A stretch of 64,000 nucleotides of DNA from the human T2T-CHM13v2.0 reference genome, Homo sapiens: NCBI RefSeq assembly GCF_009914755.1, contig NC_060929.1; one strand, written 5' to 3'. This document shows, one piece after another, positions 12,521-26,854 of the stretch (positions are counted from its first letter, which is position 1; each line of letters opens with the position of its first letter). The notes beneath the pieces are model-generated. The model was not told the origin of the DNA. It searched no databases and saw only the letters and a program-made list of their open reading frames with translations. The position numbers and the translations under genes are program-made.

Positions 12521-13099
12521 ATAACATTTTATTACTTTAATGTAGCTAAGTCTGTCTACTATTAAATATATGAGGAATCTTGATATTTTGCCAATACTAG
12601 TTGCTTTTTTAAAAACCATCTTTATTCTACATAATTATCCTTCCAAAGACTGAGGTACATATAATGAAAAGTACTTCAGGCAAAGCTTGATATTGGTTTA
12701 CCCTAGAGGGTAAGGAGGGTTATACGTAACCCCTGGCATCCTCTTATTTATTTTAATTGCAACCAAGACATTCAGGGCATTTCCATCAAACTATATTAAT
12801 GACCATCATAGCTATGGTTACCTGGAAGCAAGAGATACGCCCAGGGAAACTTATTACTTTATAAAAAGTTCATCTCATAGTGTCTTCCAGACACAGTTAA
12901 ACATTTAGGGTCTTGGCAATGTCTCCAGAGTTTAGCAGGGGTATAGTAAATGGACTTAGAAAATGCAAAATTGCTTCATTTCAGATGGTTGCCATAAGTC
13001 ATCCGTTACATGCTTACTGCACCCATACAACACCTCATTTTTGTATATTTCCTTAGGGATTGCCTCTTTTCCACATAAAAATAAGGAAGAGATTGGTTT

Positions 13100-13430
13100 G
13101 GGAAAGTGATAACAGATGATCAAGCCAGGTAGTACGTGTGAGAAGCGTGCAGAAACCAGGAACTCTCGTTCATACAAATGTTTTCTTAGGCTTGCCTACT
13201 TAGAGGGCGGGGTCAACGAACTCTAGGCAGAAACTTCTATTTGTTGTTTCTAAAGACCTTGTTGGCTTTCTTTGTGAATATCTATTTGTACCTAAAATAT
13301 TCAGTTGGCTCATTTTTCTAAACCCACAAAATTGCGTAAGCCATCTGTGGTATGTTGCCGAGAAACCGCTAGACTGATTATTGGATACTTTCATGGAAAT
13401 TGTTTAGGCACCGGGTCAGTTGCCCCACAT
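13100..13430. promoter_or_regulatory. Candidate promoter or enhancer (GC box, RFX X-box, retained CpGs)
   Basis: GGGCGGGG at ~13205; GTTGCCGAGAAAC at ~13354; about 9 CpGs in non-repeat AT-rich DNA. Confidence 0.3.
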
Positions 13431-13911
13431 ACTGTGAAGAATATGAGGGAAGTTGTTAAAAATATGAACAAAAACCTTAGAAATATAGCAACAAAAACCT
13501 ATAAATATAGAAAGGCTATATTTATATCACTGACTGCTTGTATACTTGCTAGTTTTTCTCTACTTCCATATTTGCAAGTAGAGAAAAAAGTTTAGATTCT
13601 AGCACTTCTTTCATTTCCACCAGCATGTGTATGCAAAAAAGATGTCTGATATATCTCTATTTTCTCAAAGTATATATTTGCCTTGATTTTTTTATTTCAC
13701 ATTGATTATCCAAAAATAGTGTTAGGATTCTATAATTTTAACTAATCTTAATTCATTTTCTACAAAGGAAAACAATTAGCATATAGTAAATCCATATTTT
13801 AATATGTATTTTCCCCACATGAGAAAATTCCTATGAATCTAGTTTACAGACTATAGTGAGTTCTTTTGTGAGATGGGGAAACAAAGTTATTTTCTCTCTA
13901 TTTTAAAGGCC

Positions 13912-13972
13912 TTCCAGGAAGCCAGCTGCACAGGGCTCAGGTTTCAGGAAGGCTGTGAGGATTCCTGGAAAG
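13912..13972. promoter_or_regulatory. Paired STAT (GAS) / BCL6 motifs
   Basis: TTCCAGGAA at 13912-13920 and TTCCTGGAA(AGC) at 13962-13970. Confidence 0.35.
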
Positions 13973-14220
13973 CACATTTTTGGCTTGGTAGAGTGATAAC
14001 TCTTGCACAGGACTTAAATCTTGTCTGCAATAGGTGATATGTGACTTAAGAGCCTTAAGGAAGGTGATTTGTCACAGAATGTCAAACGCAACTCTTCAAA
14101 GGGACAAGCAGGTGAAGTGGAAAGAAATCATATCATGTGCCATTCTTTGTTCAGAAGGATGCGAAATGAGCAGTTGTTTTGAAACGGAGTTGTGCTGTTA
14201 GAACTGGATTTGCCACTTAC

Positions 14221-14265
14221 TTGCAGTCCTGCAGAAACATGACACAATGGTGATATTTTTATTCC
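14221..14265 (-). other. Candidate 45-nt exon on the minus strand
   Basis: Acceptor CTTTCTCATTATTCTTTTTCCAG and donor CAA|GTAAGT. Confidence 0.3.
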
Positions 14266-14473
14266 CTGGAAAAAGAATAATGAGAAAGCTTTTTTTTTTT
14301 TTTTTTTCAGGGATGGTGTTTTAGGGAACTTGATTTCGCCAATGCTGCTATTTTTGCTTCTATCTTCATAAAAGATATCATGGTGGCAGATAAGTAGAGA
14401 AAGTGTCACAGTTTGTATCTTATTGCATATTATATTTATCTTTAAGGTGGTTTAGCAACTTTTTATATCTTAA

Positions 14474-14980
<507 letters not shown>

Positions 14981-15624
14981 TGATAGCTGCATAATAGTAA
15001 TTTATTTTACCTGTCTCATTAAGAGTATAAAAGAACAAGAGTCTGTAATGTATAAATATCTTTTGATAACTCAATTCAGCATTACATTTGTTGATGGAGT
15101 AAATGGATGTTCAAATCATATAGTTTAGTTGAGAAGATGTGGAGTTCTTATTGATTACTATATCTTTTTTACTGTCATCTTGGGAATACCAGGAGTTCTG
15201 CCAGTAGAGGTACATTCATTTGACTTATTCAACATTTTCTCAGGTGGTTTCTTAAGATGCAATTAAAGCAATAATAAGCACCAGCACATTTCCTTTAAGG
15301 TGAGAGGGGCAGAGGCCGTGCAATGGCATTGACTACAAATTGGATGGTAGGTGAAAGCTGTCATGATATGTCATAATTTTGCCAGTATTCCTCACCACAC
15401 TTGGAATTGTATAATAATCAAGATAATCAATAATGCAATTAATATATAATACATATTATATGTATTTAATATATAATTACATGTTTATTATATGTAATAA
15501 TATGCATAATTACATGTTATATGTATTTGATATATATAATATATATGTACATTTTAGCAGTACCTAAATTTTAAACATATTTTACTTTATGGATACATTT
15601 TTGGAGCTCCTCCTCTAGTTCTTT

Positions 15625-15865
15625 TTTATTGTTATATGTAAGGGATGCAACGTGATGTTTTTATTTGCAGATACATAGTGAAATGATTACTGTAATCAAG
15701 CCAATTCATGTAATTGTCTTCTCACAGAGTTATCTTTTTTTGCATATAGTAAGTGCGCCTAAAACCTACTTTCTTAGAAAATTTTCAATATACAGTATAA
15801 TATTATTAACTATATTCCTCATGTTGTTCTTTAGATCTCTAGATGTATTTGTCCTACAAAATTGC
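15625..15865 (-). mobile_element. L1MA9-like 3' end
   Basis: 'atacatagtgaaatgattact...attattaactata...tagatctctaga'. Confidence 0.7.
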
Positions 15866-15878
15866 AACTTCCTCCTTT

Positions 15879-16198
15879 ATTTTTATTTTATTTTATTATG
15901 AGACAAAGTCTCACTCTGTTGCCCAGGCTGGAGTGCATTGGTGTCCTCTTAGCTCACTTCAGACTTGACCTCCAGGGCTCAATCGATCCTCTGGCCTCAG
16001 CCTCCCAGGTAGCTGGAACTGCAGGCAAATGTCACCACACCTGGCTTTCTTTTCTTTTTTTTTTTTTTTTTTGTATTTTTGTAGAGACGAGGCTTTGCCA
16101 TGTTGCCTGGGCTGGTCTTGAACTCCTGTTCTCAAGTGATTTGCCCACCTCAGCTCCCAAAGTGCTGAAATTGCAGGTGTGAGCCACTGCACCTGGCT
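15879..16198 (-). mobile_element. AluJ
   Basis: J-type 'gggctcaatcgatcctc'. TSD AACTTCCTC(C/T)TTT at 15866-15878 and 16199-16211. Confidence 0.92.
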
Positions 16199-17094
16199 AA
16201 CTTCCTCTTTTAATTCTTAATGGTTTGGCAATGGCCTCTAGTATTTTACTTATAAAAAGAACAAATTGTTTGATTACATGGGATGTTACGAGAAATATAA
16301 TTTTCAATACAAAGACACACATTGTTTGCTAAGGGACGCCATACTATGAAGATAAAAAATTAAGCTGTGATTAAAAGAAGCAACATGTGACATAAAGAAA
16401 TGATTTTTTTTTCTTTTTGCCTGATTTGGGGATTAAGGAAAGAAGAGTAAGGTTCAAAATATAGAGAGGAGAATAAAGTCATTTGTTTTTCACTAAATAT
16501 TTGTTTAAACAAAAAAGCAATTTAAAGAAAGTGGAAACATAAAATCATTAAGATTATCTCTTTAAAGTGAATGTTCAGCCAAGTGAAAGGATGAAATGTA
16601 GAGTTGGGCATAGATTTTCTAGGATCCTGGGCCAAGCGTTGAGGCTATAAATCATGCAAGTAGCCACATAGCTAAGCAGCATGAAGCCCAGGTATGTTTA
16701 CAAAGGAACATTCACACCAGGCCCTGGCAACTTGAACCTAATTTCTACTGAGCCCCAAATGACTGATGAAAGATGATTGCTGGAAGGTATTATTTCTTTA
16801 TCTTTAAAAAATGACATATTGTGCAGCAGTGTAAGACATTCAAAAGCAGCTATGGGTATGCTCCCAGATCTTACTATACTTTCCAAACTACCTGAAGCTG
16901 AGTGCTCAGGCCTGGTTTATCAGTTCCCCAAGCAGATTGGCCCAGAAGGGCACAAGTCTGATTATGATTAATATAATCTTTGTTTTAAGGGGCTGTGAAA
17001 ATTGACAAACAATATGGTGTAATGGTCGTTATTGCAATTTGACTTTATGATTCCCTATTTTTTTCCCTTGCTCTTGAAAAAACCTGAAACCTAG

Positions 17095-17096
<2 letters not shown>

Positions 17097-17141
<45 letters not shown>

Positions 17142-17145
17142 TGTG
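17097..17145. repeat. (TG)n microsatellite
   Basis: Read directly from the sequence. Confidence 0.95.
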
Positions 17146-18639
17146 GTTTGTGTGTTTTAATGCGTTCTAAACTGCCCAAGCTCTTCCTATGTTCCAAGTT
17201 TTTCCCTTTCTTTTCTTTCCTCTACTTTCTCCTACTTTTCTTTTTTTCCTTCACCTCCTCATCCTCCTTCTCCCCTACTCACTCTCTTTCTTTCTCTTTT
17301 TTTCTTTCTTTCTATTCTTTTTGAGAGAAGAGGAAAAGCAGAAAGGAAAGATACTTTTTCAAGGTAAAGATGGTTAAATAAATATTGCATGGGACACTCA
17401 CAAAATAAAATTGATTAACTTTAAAACTGTAACAATTTATCAGGAAAGTAGAAAGTTTTGTTTCTCTTGGCATGAAAATTATTTGCTTTTCTAATCTTTC
17501 AATTTAATAACAAATCTCCATCTTGAGCAACATCTTACTGCCCTCACCCTCCTTATGTTCTTAGATTGCATGTTGAAGAAGATAGTCACATAGTACATCA
17601 ATTTTATAAATATTTTACACAAGAATAATTACACATAATCATGAAATAAGCTTGTTTTGTTATTCTTGCAGAAGAGAACAGGTTCTGGTAGACTCTTAAA
17701 AATATGTAAGTTGAGCAGAATTGCAGGGCATTTGTTTTTAGGGATATGTAAATGCTAAAAATGGAAATGAGACATATGTATTCATAAACATTATCAGTGT
17801 TTATAATATTGGCTAGCAAAGACTGTATCAAATTCTTGATTGCGTTCATAAAGATATCAGAGGAAAAAGAAAATCGCCTTGTATTTGAGTTTTATGTTTA
17901 TGATGATCAGGATTCTCAATCATCATGTAAGTTATGGAATAATTTAAAATTCTCTTTTGTCTGGGCTCTTATTTATATTTATAAGTATAGCCTTCCTTTT
18001 CCTGTTTCCCTGTCAAAGTAACTTACTGTCTCATTGTAATGTAGCAAAAGGAACTGCCTTGGAGACAAGTCAGTTTCCCTAATAAGGTATTAAGCAACAC
18101 AACATAATACATTTTGCAAATTCTTCCAACTGTCAAAACTCCTGTAATGCATATAAAATAAGAAATACACAGCAATTGTGTTATTAATTATGAAGAATAA
18201 AATTGCAATTGCTGAAACATAAAATACTTTCACGTCTTCAGGAAAAATGTCTCAGGATGAAATGATGATAAATTTCAATTAGAGAATAAATCTCACACTA
18301 TAAATGTGGTTGTTCTAAAATGGAAATATACATAGCGTAACTGCTACTTTATTTAATACAGCCATATGTTTGAGTATTTCCCTAGTCATCTACTGGATAA
18401 CTGATTTCAGGAGGGTGCTGTTGGTAATAAGGTTGTTGGAACACTGTAGATTTTCTACCCCAGGGCAAAGTTCGGAAATACATTTCTTGATTGTCCATCC
18501 AATTGAATTTAATAGTTTTGATAACCATTGAGTTGAGAGTCACTATGACTTTGAAGTAAATCACAGGGGTTAGTGTTAATTCCCGAAGTTCTCCCTTTTC
18601 CCTCTGTGTTGATCACTGTCTGGAAAGCTCATATTCAAG

Positions 18640-19025
18640 TGTGTTATTCTTCTTGGACTGCCCTAACAAAATACCATAGTCCTGGTGGTTTTCCACTGGA
18701 ATTTTTATTTTCTCACAGCTCTGGAGGCTGGAAAGTCTGAGATCAAAGCCCAGAGGGGTTCAGTTTCTGCTGAGGGCTCTCCTCCTGGCTTGCAGATGGC
18801 CACTTTGTCACTGCATTCTCATTTGATGGGGAGAGAGAGAGAGTGATTTCATTCTCTCTCTCTCTTCCTCTTCTTATATGGCTATAGTCCTATCAGATCA
18901 GAGTCCCATACTTATGATCTCTTTTAACTTTAGTTTCCTCCTAAAGACCCTATCTCCAGCTATAGTCACATTGGGGGTTAGGACTTCAACATATGAATTT
19001 TAGGAGGACATTTTAGTCTGTAGCA
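18640..19025 (-). mobile_element. MLT1A0-type solo LTR
   Basis: TG...CA ends; 'ttctcacagctctggaggctgg' and 'gggggttaggacttcaacatatgaatttt'. Near-TSD TCAAG/TCAGG. Confidence 0.88.
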
Positions 19026-19217
19026 TCAGGAATGAATTGTTTGGCTTCTGTTCTATTTCTATTTATATATTTATGTATTTGTTTATAGGGGAGGTATTGG
19101 AACATTCAGTAAATAACAAGACCAGCATCAAGTGAAATACAAATCATTTCTTATATATTAAACAAAAATGTTGTCAGCATCCTTCAAATTCTATTGCGTG
19201 AGTTCATTTATAATAAG

Positions 19218-19419
19218 CAGGATTTCTCAACCTTGGTGCTATTAAAAGTTGGGGTAAGTAAGATATTTTTATGGTGGTAGCTGTGCATTGTTTGAAAGCA
19301 TCCCTGGTCTATACCCACTAGATGCCAGTAGAACCATGCAATTGGGTTAACCAAAAATGTCTCCAGATACTGCCAGATGTCACTGGGGAGGCAAAATTGC
19401 CCCCATCTGAGAACCACTA
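19218..19419 (-). mobile_element. MER20 (hAT-Charlie)
   Basis: 'tacccactagatgccagtag...aaaaatgtctccaga...ggcaaaattgccccc...gagaaccact'. Confidence 0.88.
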
Positions 19420-19579
19420 TTTTAAAGAAAAGTATCAAAAAATTTAAATTTTGAGGAATTATGTCAAGCAATTACGTTCTTTATATTTTTATAACTAAAT
19501 TAATTCCTATCAAACATAGGATTAATTAGAGACATTGAGATCGAAGAAACAAAACGTGACCTTTGTTCAGAAATTCTCA

Positions 19580-21865
<2,286 letters not shown>

Positions 21866-22869
21866 ATTATTTGAAAAAAAGGCATTTTAGATACGCTTTT
21901 AAGGTTTATTATTGCTAAATTCAGTTGCCTTCCTTCTCTTTGAATGCTACCGCTTCCTACCTCAGGCCTTGCTAGGAAGATGAGCAGGCAGAGTACCTCC
22001 AAAAATAAAGTGTTGGAAACATATTTGTATCCCTTCATCTCAAGCTAGTTATTGAAACCTATGAGAGATACATAAAACACACAATTACTATTCTTTTTCA
22101 AAAAAACACATACTTATAGTGCCTTTGCAAATGTGTCATCAGAGATTTCAGACTTAAGTGAATAATGATTTTAGCCATTTCCTATTCTTATTTCTTAATA
22201 TATAAACATTTTAAGAGACAGTACATCTCCCAACTTGAAAGTGCATTACTGATACCAAAAATACTTGCAGAGTAATAGATAAAAAGTCCACATAATTATA
22301 TTTTATTTGACAGTCCTGAGGTTTTTCTCAATGACTGCACAAAAGCGTTAAATAGAAATGGCCTAGGGTTAGGCATTGAATCAATATGCACCAGTAAGTT
22401 TGCAAAATCAATTTTTTTTTTTTTTTGCTCCTCAGACACAGGAAAATTGATGTAACCGATGCTGTGTAACTCCTATTAATTGCCCACAGTGACAGAAACT
22501 TTATCAATTACTTATTGACTTCTTTGAGACCATGGGAGAATGGCAGTAGCTTCAAGGTTAAGTGTGTAATATAGAAGCCTTCCCTAGGCGAATGAAGATG
22601 TAAGTAGAAACCAATCAGATTTTATCAAACTAAATAGCTTTAGGTATGTATACCTCTACATTTGGGTTCACATATACATATTCGTCCCCCATTCATGTCT
22701 TGCCTCAGAAATTAGGTGTCTCAGAGGTGTCTATTTGTTAGGGTTTATGACAGAATCCCTGCTAATAATAGTTGTTAACATTTAAACCCACTTTATGCTA
22801 ATCAAAAAACACAGGGATGAATGCAATCACTGTCTTCAGATAATATCAGAGAGGAAACATTACTGGACT

Positions 22870-23300
22870 GTGCTCTGCCTGCACATTCTGCAAGCAACAG
22901 AAAACCTATAAAATAGAGGCTTAATCACTTGAGATTGGGTTTACAGGTATAGTGTCCAGAGTTGATGCATTTGCTACATGGTGTCATAAGAAATCTGTTG
23001 ACCTTTCTACTTTGACATCCTTAGTCACACCCAGTATGACTGATGCTCCTCCAGCCATTGTGTCTACATTCTAGACAAGGAATAAAAGGGAGAAGGTGAA
23101 AGAGCAAAGGGCCAAAATGGAAAGCCACGTGACTCTGCCCCTCCTGAGAGCTTTCTTGGAAACCCTACTCAGGAGCTTCTTCTTCCTTCCCCCTGACTAA
23201 AATTAACCTATGGGAAGTTGAATATTAATCGGGAACATTAATGTTCCAAATGGATTGAGGTTTATATCTAAGTCCAAAGCAGAGAATGGATATCGAGAAG
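22870..23300 (-). mobile_element. Old MLT1 (J/K-like) LTR
   Basis: 'ctgcaagcaacagaaaacc...ggcttaa' and 'gctcctccagccat..gtctacattc'. Confidence 0.55.
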
Positions 23301-23699
23301 GCATTTGCTATTAAAACCTAGACAAACTCAGGTAAAGTAACCCAGAATCACATGGCAAACGAAAGGCTGACCCAGGCTTTGGGCTAGGTCTGTCTAACTG
23401 CAGAGCAGTGCTCTCTTGACTCTACTCAACGATCAGAAAATTAAGGAGTATTGATTTTGTTGCTGAACTGCTCTGTGAGTTGACAATGAAGTTGCATGAC
23501 AAAAAATATAAGAACCATAACATTCAAGCAGACTTCGAGAAAAACAAATTCACTTTATTTATTACCGATGAGGATAGAAAAAATGTGCTTAACACAACAG
23601 ACAAAAAATTAGAAATGCAATTTGTGAATTTGACACAGAAACTTGTTTTGCCATAGGTACTCATTTTTTTCACTGTAACGTGCACAGGTATGAGAAGTG

Positions 23700-23702
<3 letters not shown>

Positions 23703-23732
<30 letters not shown>
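23703..23732. repeat. (TA)n microsatellite
   Basis: Read directly from the sequence. Confidence 0.9.
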
Positions 23733-23734
<2 letters not shown>

Positions 23735-23759
23735 TTTTCCTGTCTTTAAAAGGACATAC

Positions 23760-24222
23760 TTTTTTCGTGGTGATAGTAATTAAAATCCATCCTTTAAAAA
23801 AATTTCGGGTATACAATATAGTATTATTAACTGTAATCACCATGCTGTACATTAGATCTCCAGAACTTATTCATCCTGCATAACTGGAAAATTATACCCT
23901 TTGGCCAATATTTCCCCATTTTGTCCAATCCCCCAGCTCTTGGCAACCACCATTCTATTTTCTACTTCTATGAGTTAGACTTTTTTAGTTCCACATATAA
24001 ATGAGATCATATAGTATTTTTCTTTCTGTGTCTGGCTTATTTTTTCTTAGCATTATGTCTTCCAGGTTCTCCTATGTAGTCACGACTGGCAGAATTTCCT
24101 TCTTTTCTATGGTATGACTGAATAATAGTCTTTTAAATGGATATAGATGAATAAATATCCCATTTTCTTTATCCATTCATCTATCAATTATACCTCAATA
24201 AAACTGGAGAGAAAAAGATCAG
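23760..24222 (+). mobile_element. L1MA8/9-like element with a 5' inversion
   Basis: Antisense block 23760-24184, then the sense terminus 'caattatacctcaataaaactgg' and an A-rich tail. Perfect TSD AAAAGGACATAC at 23748-23759 and 24223-24234. Confidence 0.8.
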
Positions 24223-24726
24223 AAAAGGACATACAGTTTAATGAAATGGCTTAAATTTCATTTCTAAAATTGTTCCAATTTTTTTTAATTTAAAAGCTAC
24301 AATTGTCAGAAACATCATTAACAATCTAAATGTTCTAGAATAGAAGATGAGTTGGAACAATTGAAGCTTTTTTTCTATGCAGATGGGAATTAGCTGAGCC
24401 AGCATAGTCTTTGGTTCAGAAAGGCTAAATGTCTACTTTGATGTTATTCAGCTATTAACTAGTAGAGCCAAGAATTGACCTGAGGTTGATTATATCTGTT
24501 TCTTTTTCATTAGATTTGCTTGGGTTTTATCTTCTTTACCATTTTCTAAAGCTTATTTTCTTATTGATGTCCTTATTATTTGTATTGATTTTTAGTGTTC
24601 AATATATTCCTTTTGCTTTCCTAGGTGCTTAACTAATATTTATTGAATAAATAAATGGATAATCACTCTGGTTATTGTTGGCATATAGACCATATATATA
24701 TATGTATATACACATATATATATATA

Positions 24727-25165
24727 TAGATGACCCTTGAACAAAACAGATTTGAATTGTGCGGGTCCACTTATTCATGGATTTTCTTCTGCCTCTGCCA
24801 TCCCTGAGAGAGCAAGACCAACAATTCCTCATCCTCCTCTTCAGCCTACTCGACCTAAAGATGATGAAGATGAAGACCTTTATGTTAATCCACTTCCAAT
24901 GAATGAATAGTAAATATATTTTCTCTTCTTTATAATTTTCTTAATAACATTTTCTTTTCTCTAGCTTACTTTGTAATGAGAATACAGAATAAAATACACA
25001 TAACACACAAAATATTTGTTAATCAACTGCTTATGTTATTGGGAAGGCTCCCAGTCAACAGTAGGCTATTAGTAGCTAAGTTTGGGGGGACTCAAAAGTT
25101 ACATGTGGATTTTCAGCTGCATGAGGGTCAGCACCCCAATCCCTGCATTGTTCAAAGCTCAACTG
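24727..25165 (+). mobile_element. Tigger2a (MER28) TcMar DNA transposon
   Basis: TIRs 'agatgacccttgaacaa' and 'ttgttcaaagctcaactg', ~439 bp long, TA flanks embedded in (TA)/(TG) repeats. Confidence 0.85.
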
Positions 25166-25269
25166 TATGTGTGTATGTGTGTGTGTGTATATATGAGTGT
25201 GTATATATGTATATATGTACAGATACACACACATATATATTCGGTTATCTCATGATACATTACATTGTC

Positions 25270-25930
25270 TTTTTTAATATAACAATTTAATTGAGATATA
25301 AGTCATTGGCTATACAATTCACTCATTTTAAAGCATAAAATTCAATGGTTTTCAGTGTATTAACAGACTTGTACATCCATCCCTACAGTCAATTTTAGAA
25401 CATTTTCATCACTCCAAAAAGAAACTCCATATTGATTAGCAGTCATTCTCTAGTCATCTCTGCCCCACCACCATTAAAGAGTACCTAATTTAATTTCTGT
25501 TTCTGTAGATTTGCCTATTTTGATATTTCATACAAATTGAATCATACAATATGTAATCTGCCCTGACAGACTTCTTTCACTTAGCGTTATATTTACAAGG
25601 TTTATTCCAGTTGTAGCACATTCAGTACTTCATTTATTTTTATGGCCACATAATATTTCATTGTATGGATATGCCACATTTTATTTATTCATCTATCAGT
25701 TTTAGGACATTTGGGTTTTTTTCTACATTTTTAGGTATTTTAATTACTGGTGCACTAATGTACAAGATTTTGGTGGGAATGCATGCTTTTATTTCTCCTG
25801 GGTATATACCTGGGTTGGAATTGCTGTGTCCTATGGTAACTCCATATTTAACTTTTTGAGGAGCTACCAGACTGTTTGCCAAAGTGGCTGCCTCATTTGC
25901 CATTTCTACCAACAGTGTAGAGGTTCCGTT
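25270..25930 (-). mobile_element. L1MB7/8-like 3' end
   Basis: 'ttgagatataa...aattttagaacattttcatcactccaaaaagaaac'. Confidence 0.85.
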
Positions 25931-26254
25931 TGTCATTGTTTTAATGTTGTTTATCATTAAATATGTGCTTTCCTAGCAATGTTGTATAAAGTTTGGAGGA
26001 GATTTCCTGATATTCTTAAAGGAAGAAAAGTCATTCTCCTTGGAGGAAATCCAAATTGATCACAGGTTGGTCAGGAGATTTTTGACTAATGAGGTCAATG
26101 AACATCAGAAATGACTGGAATCTTCCAAAGAGGGCGTGAGAAGAGGGCTGTGAAATGCCCAAAGACATATTTGAATGTTTGAGGTCAAGAATTCATGGAT
26201 GAACACCATCTATAGTGTTTTCATGCTTTCCACAGAGTTAGAGTTTGGTTTATC

Positions 26255-26272
26255 TTACGTCAGGGAATTCCC
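26255..26272. promoter_or_regulatory. Abutting CRE-like and NF-kB sites
   Basis: TTACGTCA (26255-26262) is immediately followed by palindromic GGGAATTCCC (26263-26272). Confidence 0.35.
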
Positions 26273-26531
26273 TATGAAAAACACTTTGAAATTTTGTATT
26301 TTTTTTAGTAGCCATCAATAAGTCTGTAAATATTATTGATTCGTTCAACAGAGATGGGGCCTACAAATATACGTTTGGTGAAAGACCTCAAATGTGTCCC
26401 ATAAAATCTCAGCATTTGGATCATTATTGTATGCAGTATTTCCTGGAGAGAATGGCTTAAGATGAAGACTAAAATTCATTTTCAAGATCCTTTGTTGGAA
26501 GCTTAACCAATTGGATTAACTTAAAAGAGTG

Positions 26532-26823
26532 TGCTGGGCATGGTGACTCACACCTGTAATCCCAGCACTTTGGGAGGCTCAGGAGGGTGGATCACTTGAG
26601 GTCAGGAGTTTGAGACCAGCCTGGCCAACATGGTGAAACGCAGTCTCTACTAAAAATACAAAAATTAGCCAGGTGTGGTGGTGCATGTCTGTAATCCCAG
26701 CTACTCGGGAGGCTGAGGTGGGAGAATCGCTTGAACCCGGGAGGCAGAAACTGCTGTGAGTCGAGATTGTGACACTGCACTGCACTGCACTGCAGCCTGA
26801 GTGACAGAGTGAGACTGTGTCTC

Positions 26824-26852
<29 letters not shown>
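26532..26852 (+). mobile_element. AluSx/Sz
   Basis: Full Alu with extra CACTG units near the 3' end, a long A tail and an imperfect TSD AAAAGA(G/C)TG. Confidence 0.93.
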
Positions 26853-26854
<2 letters not shown>

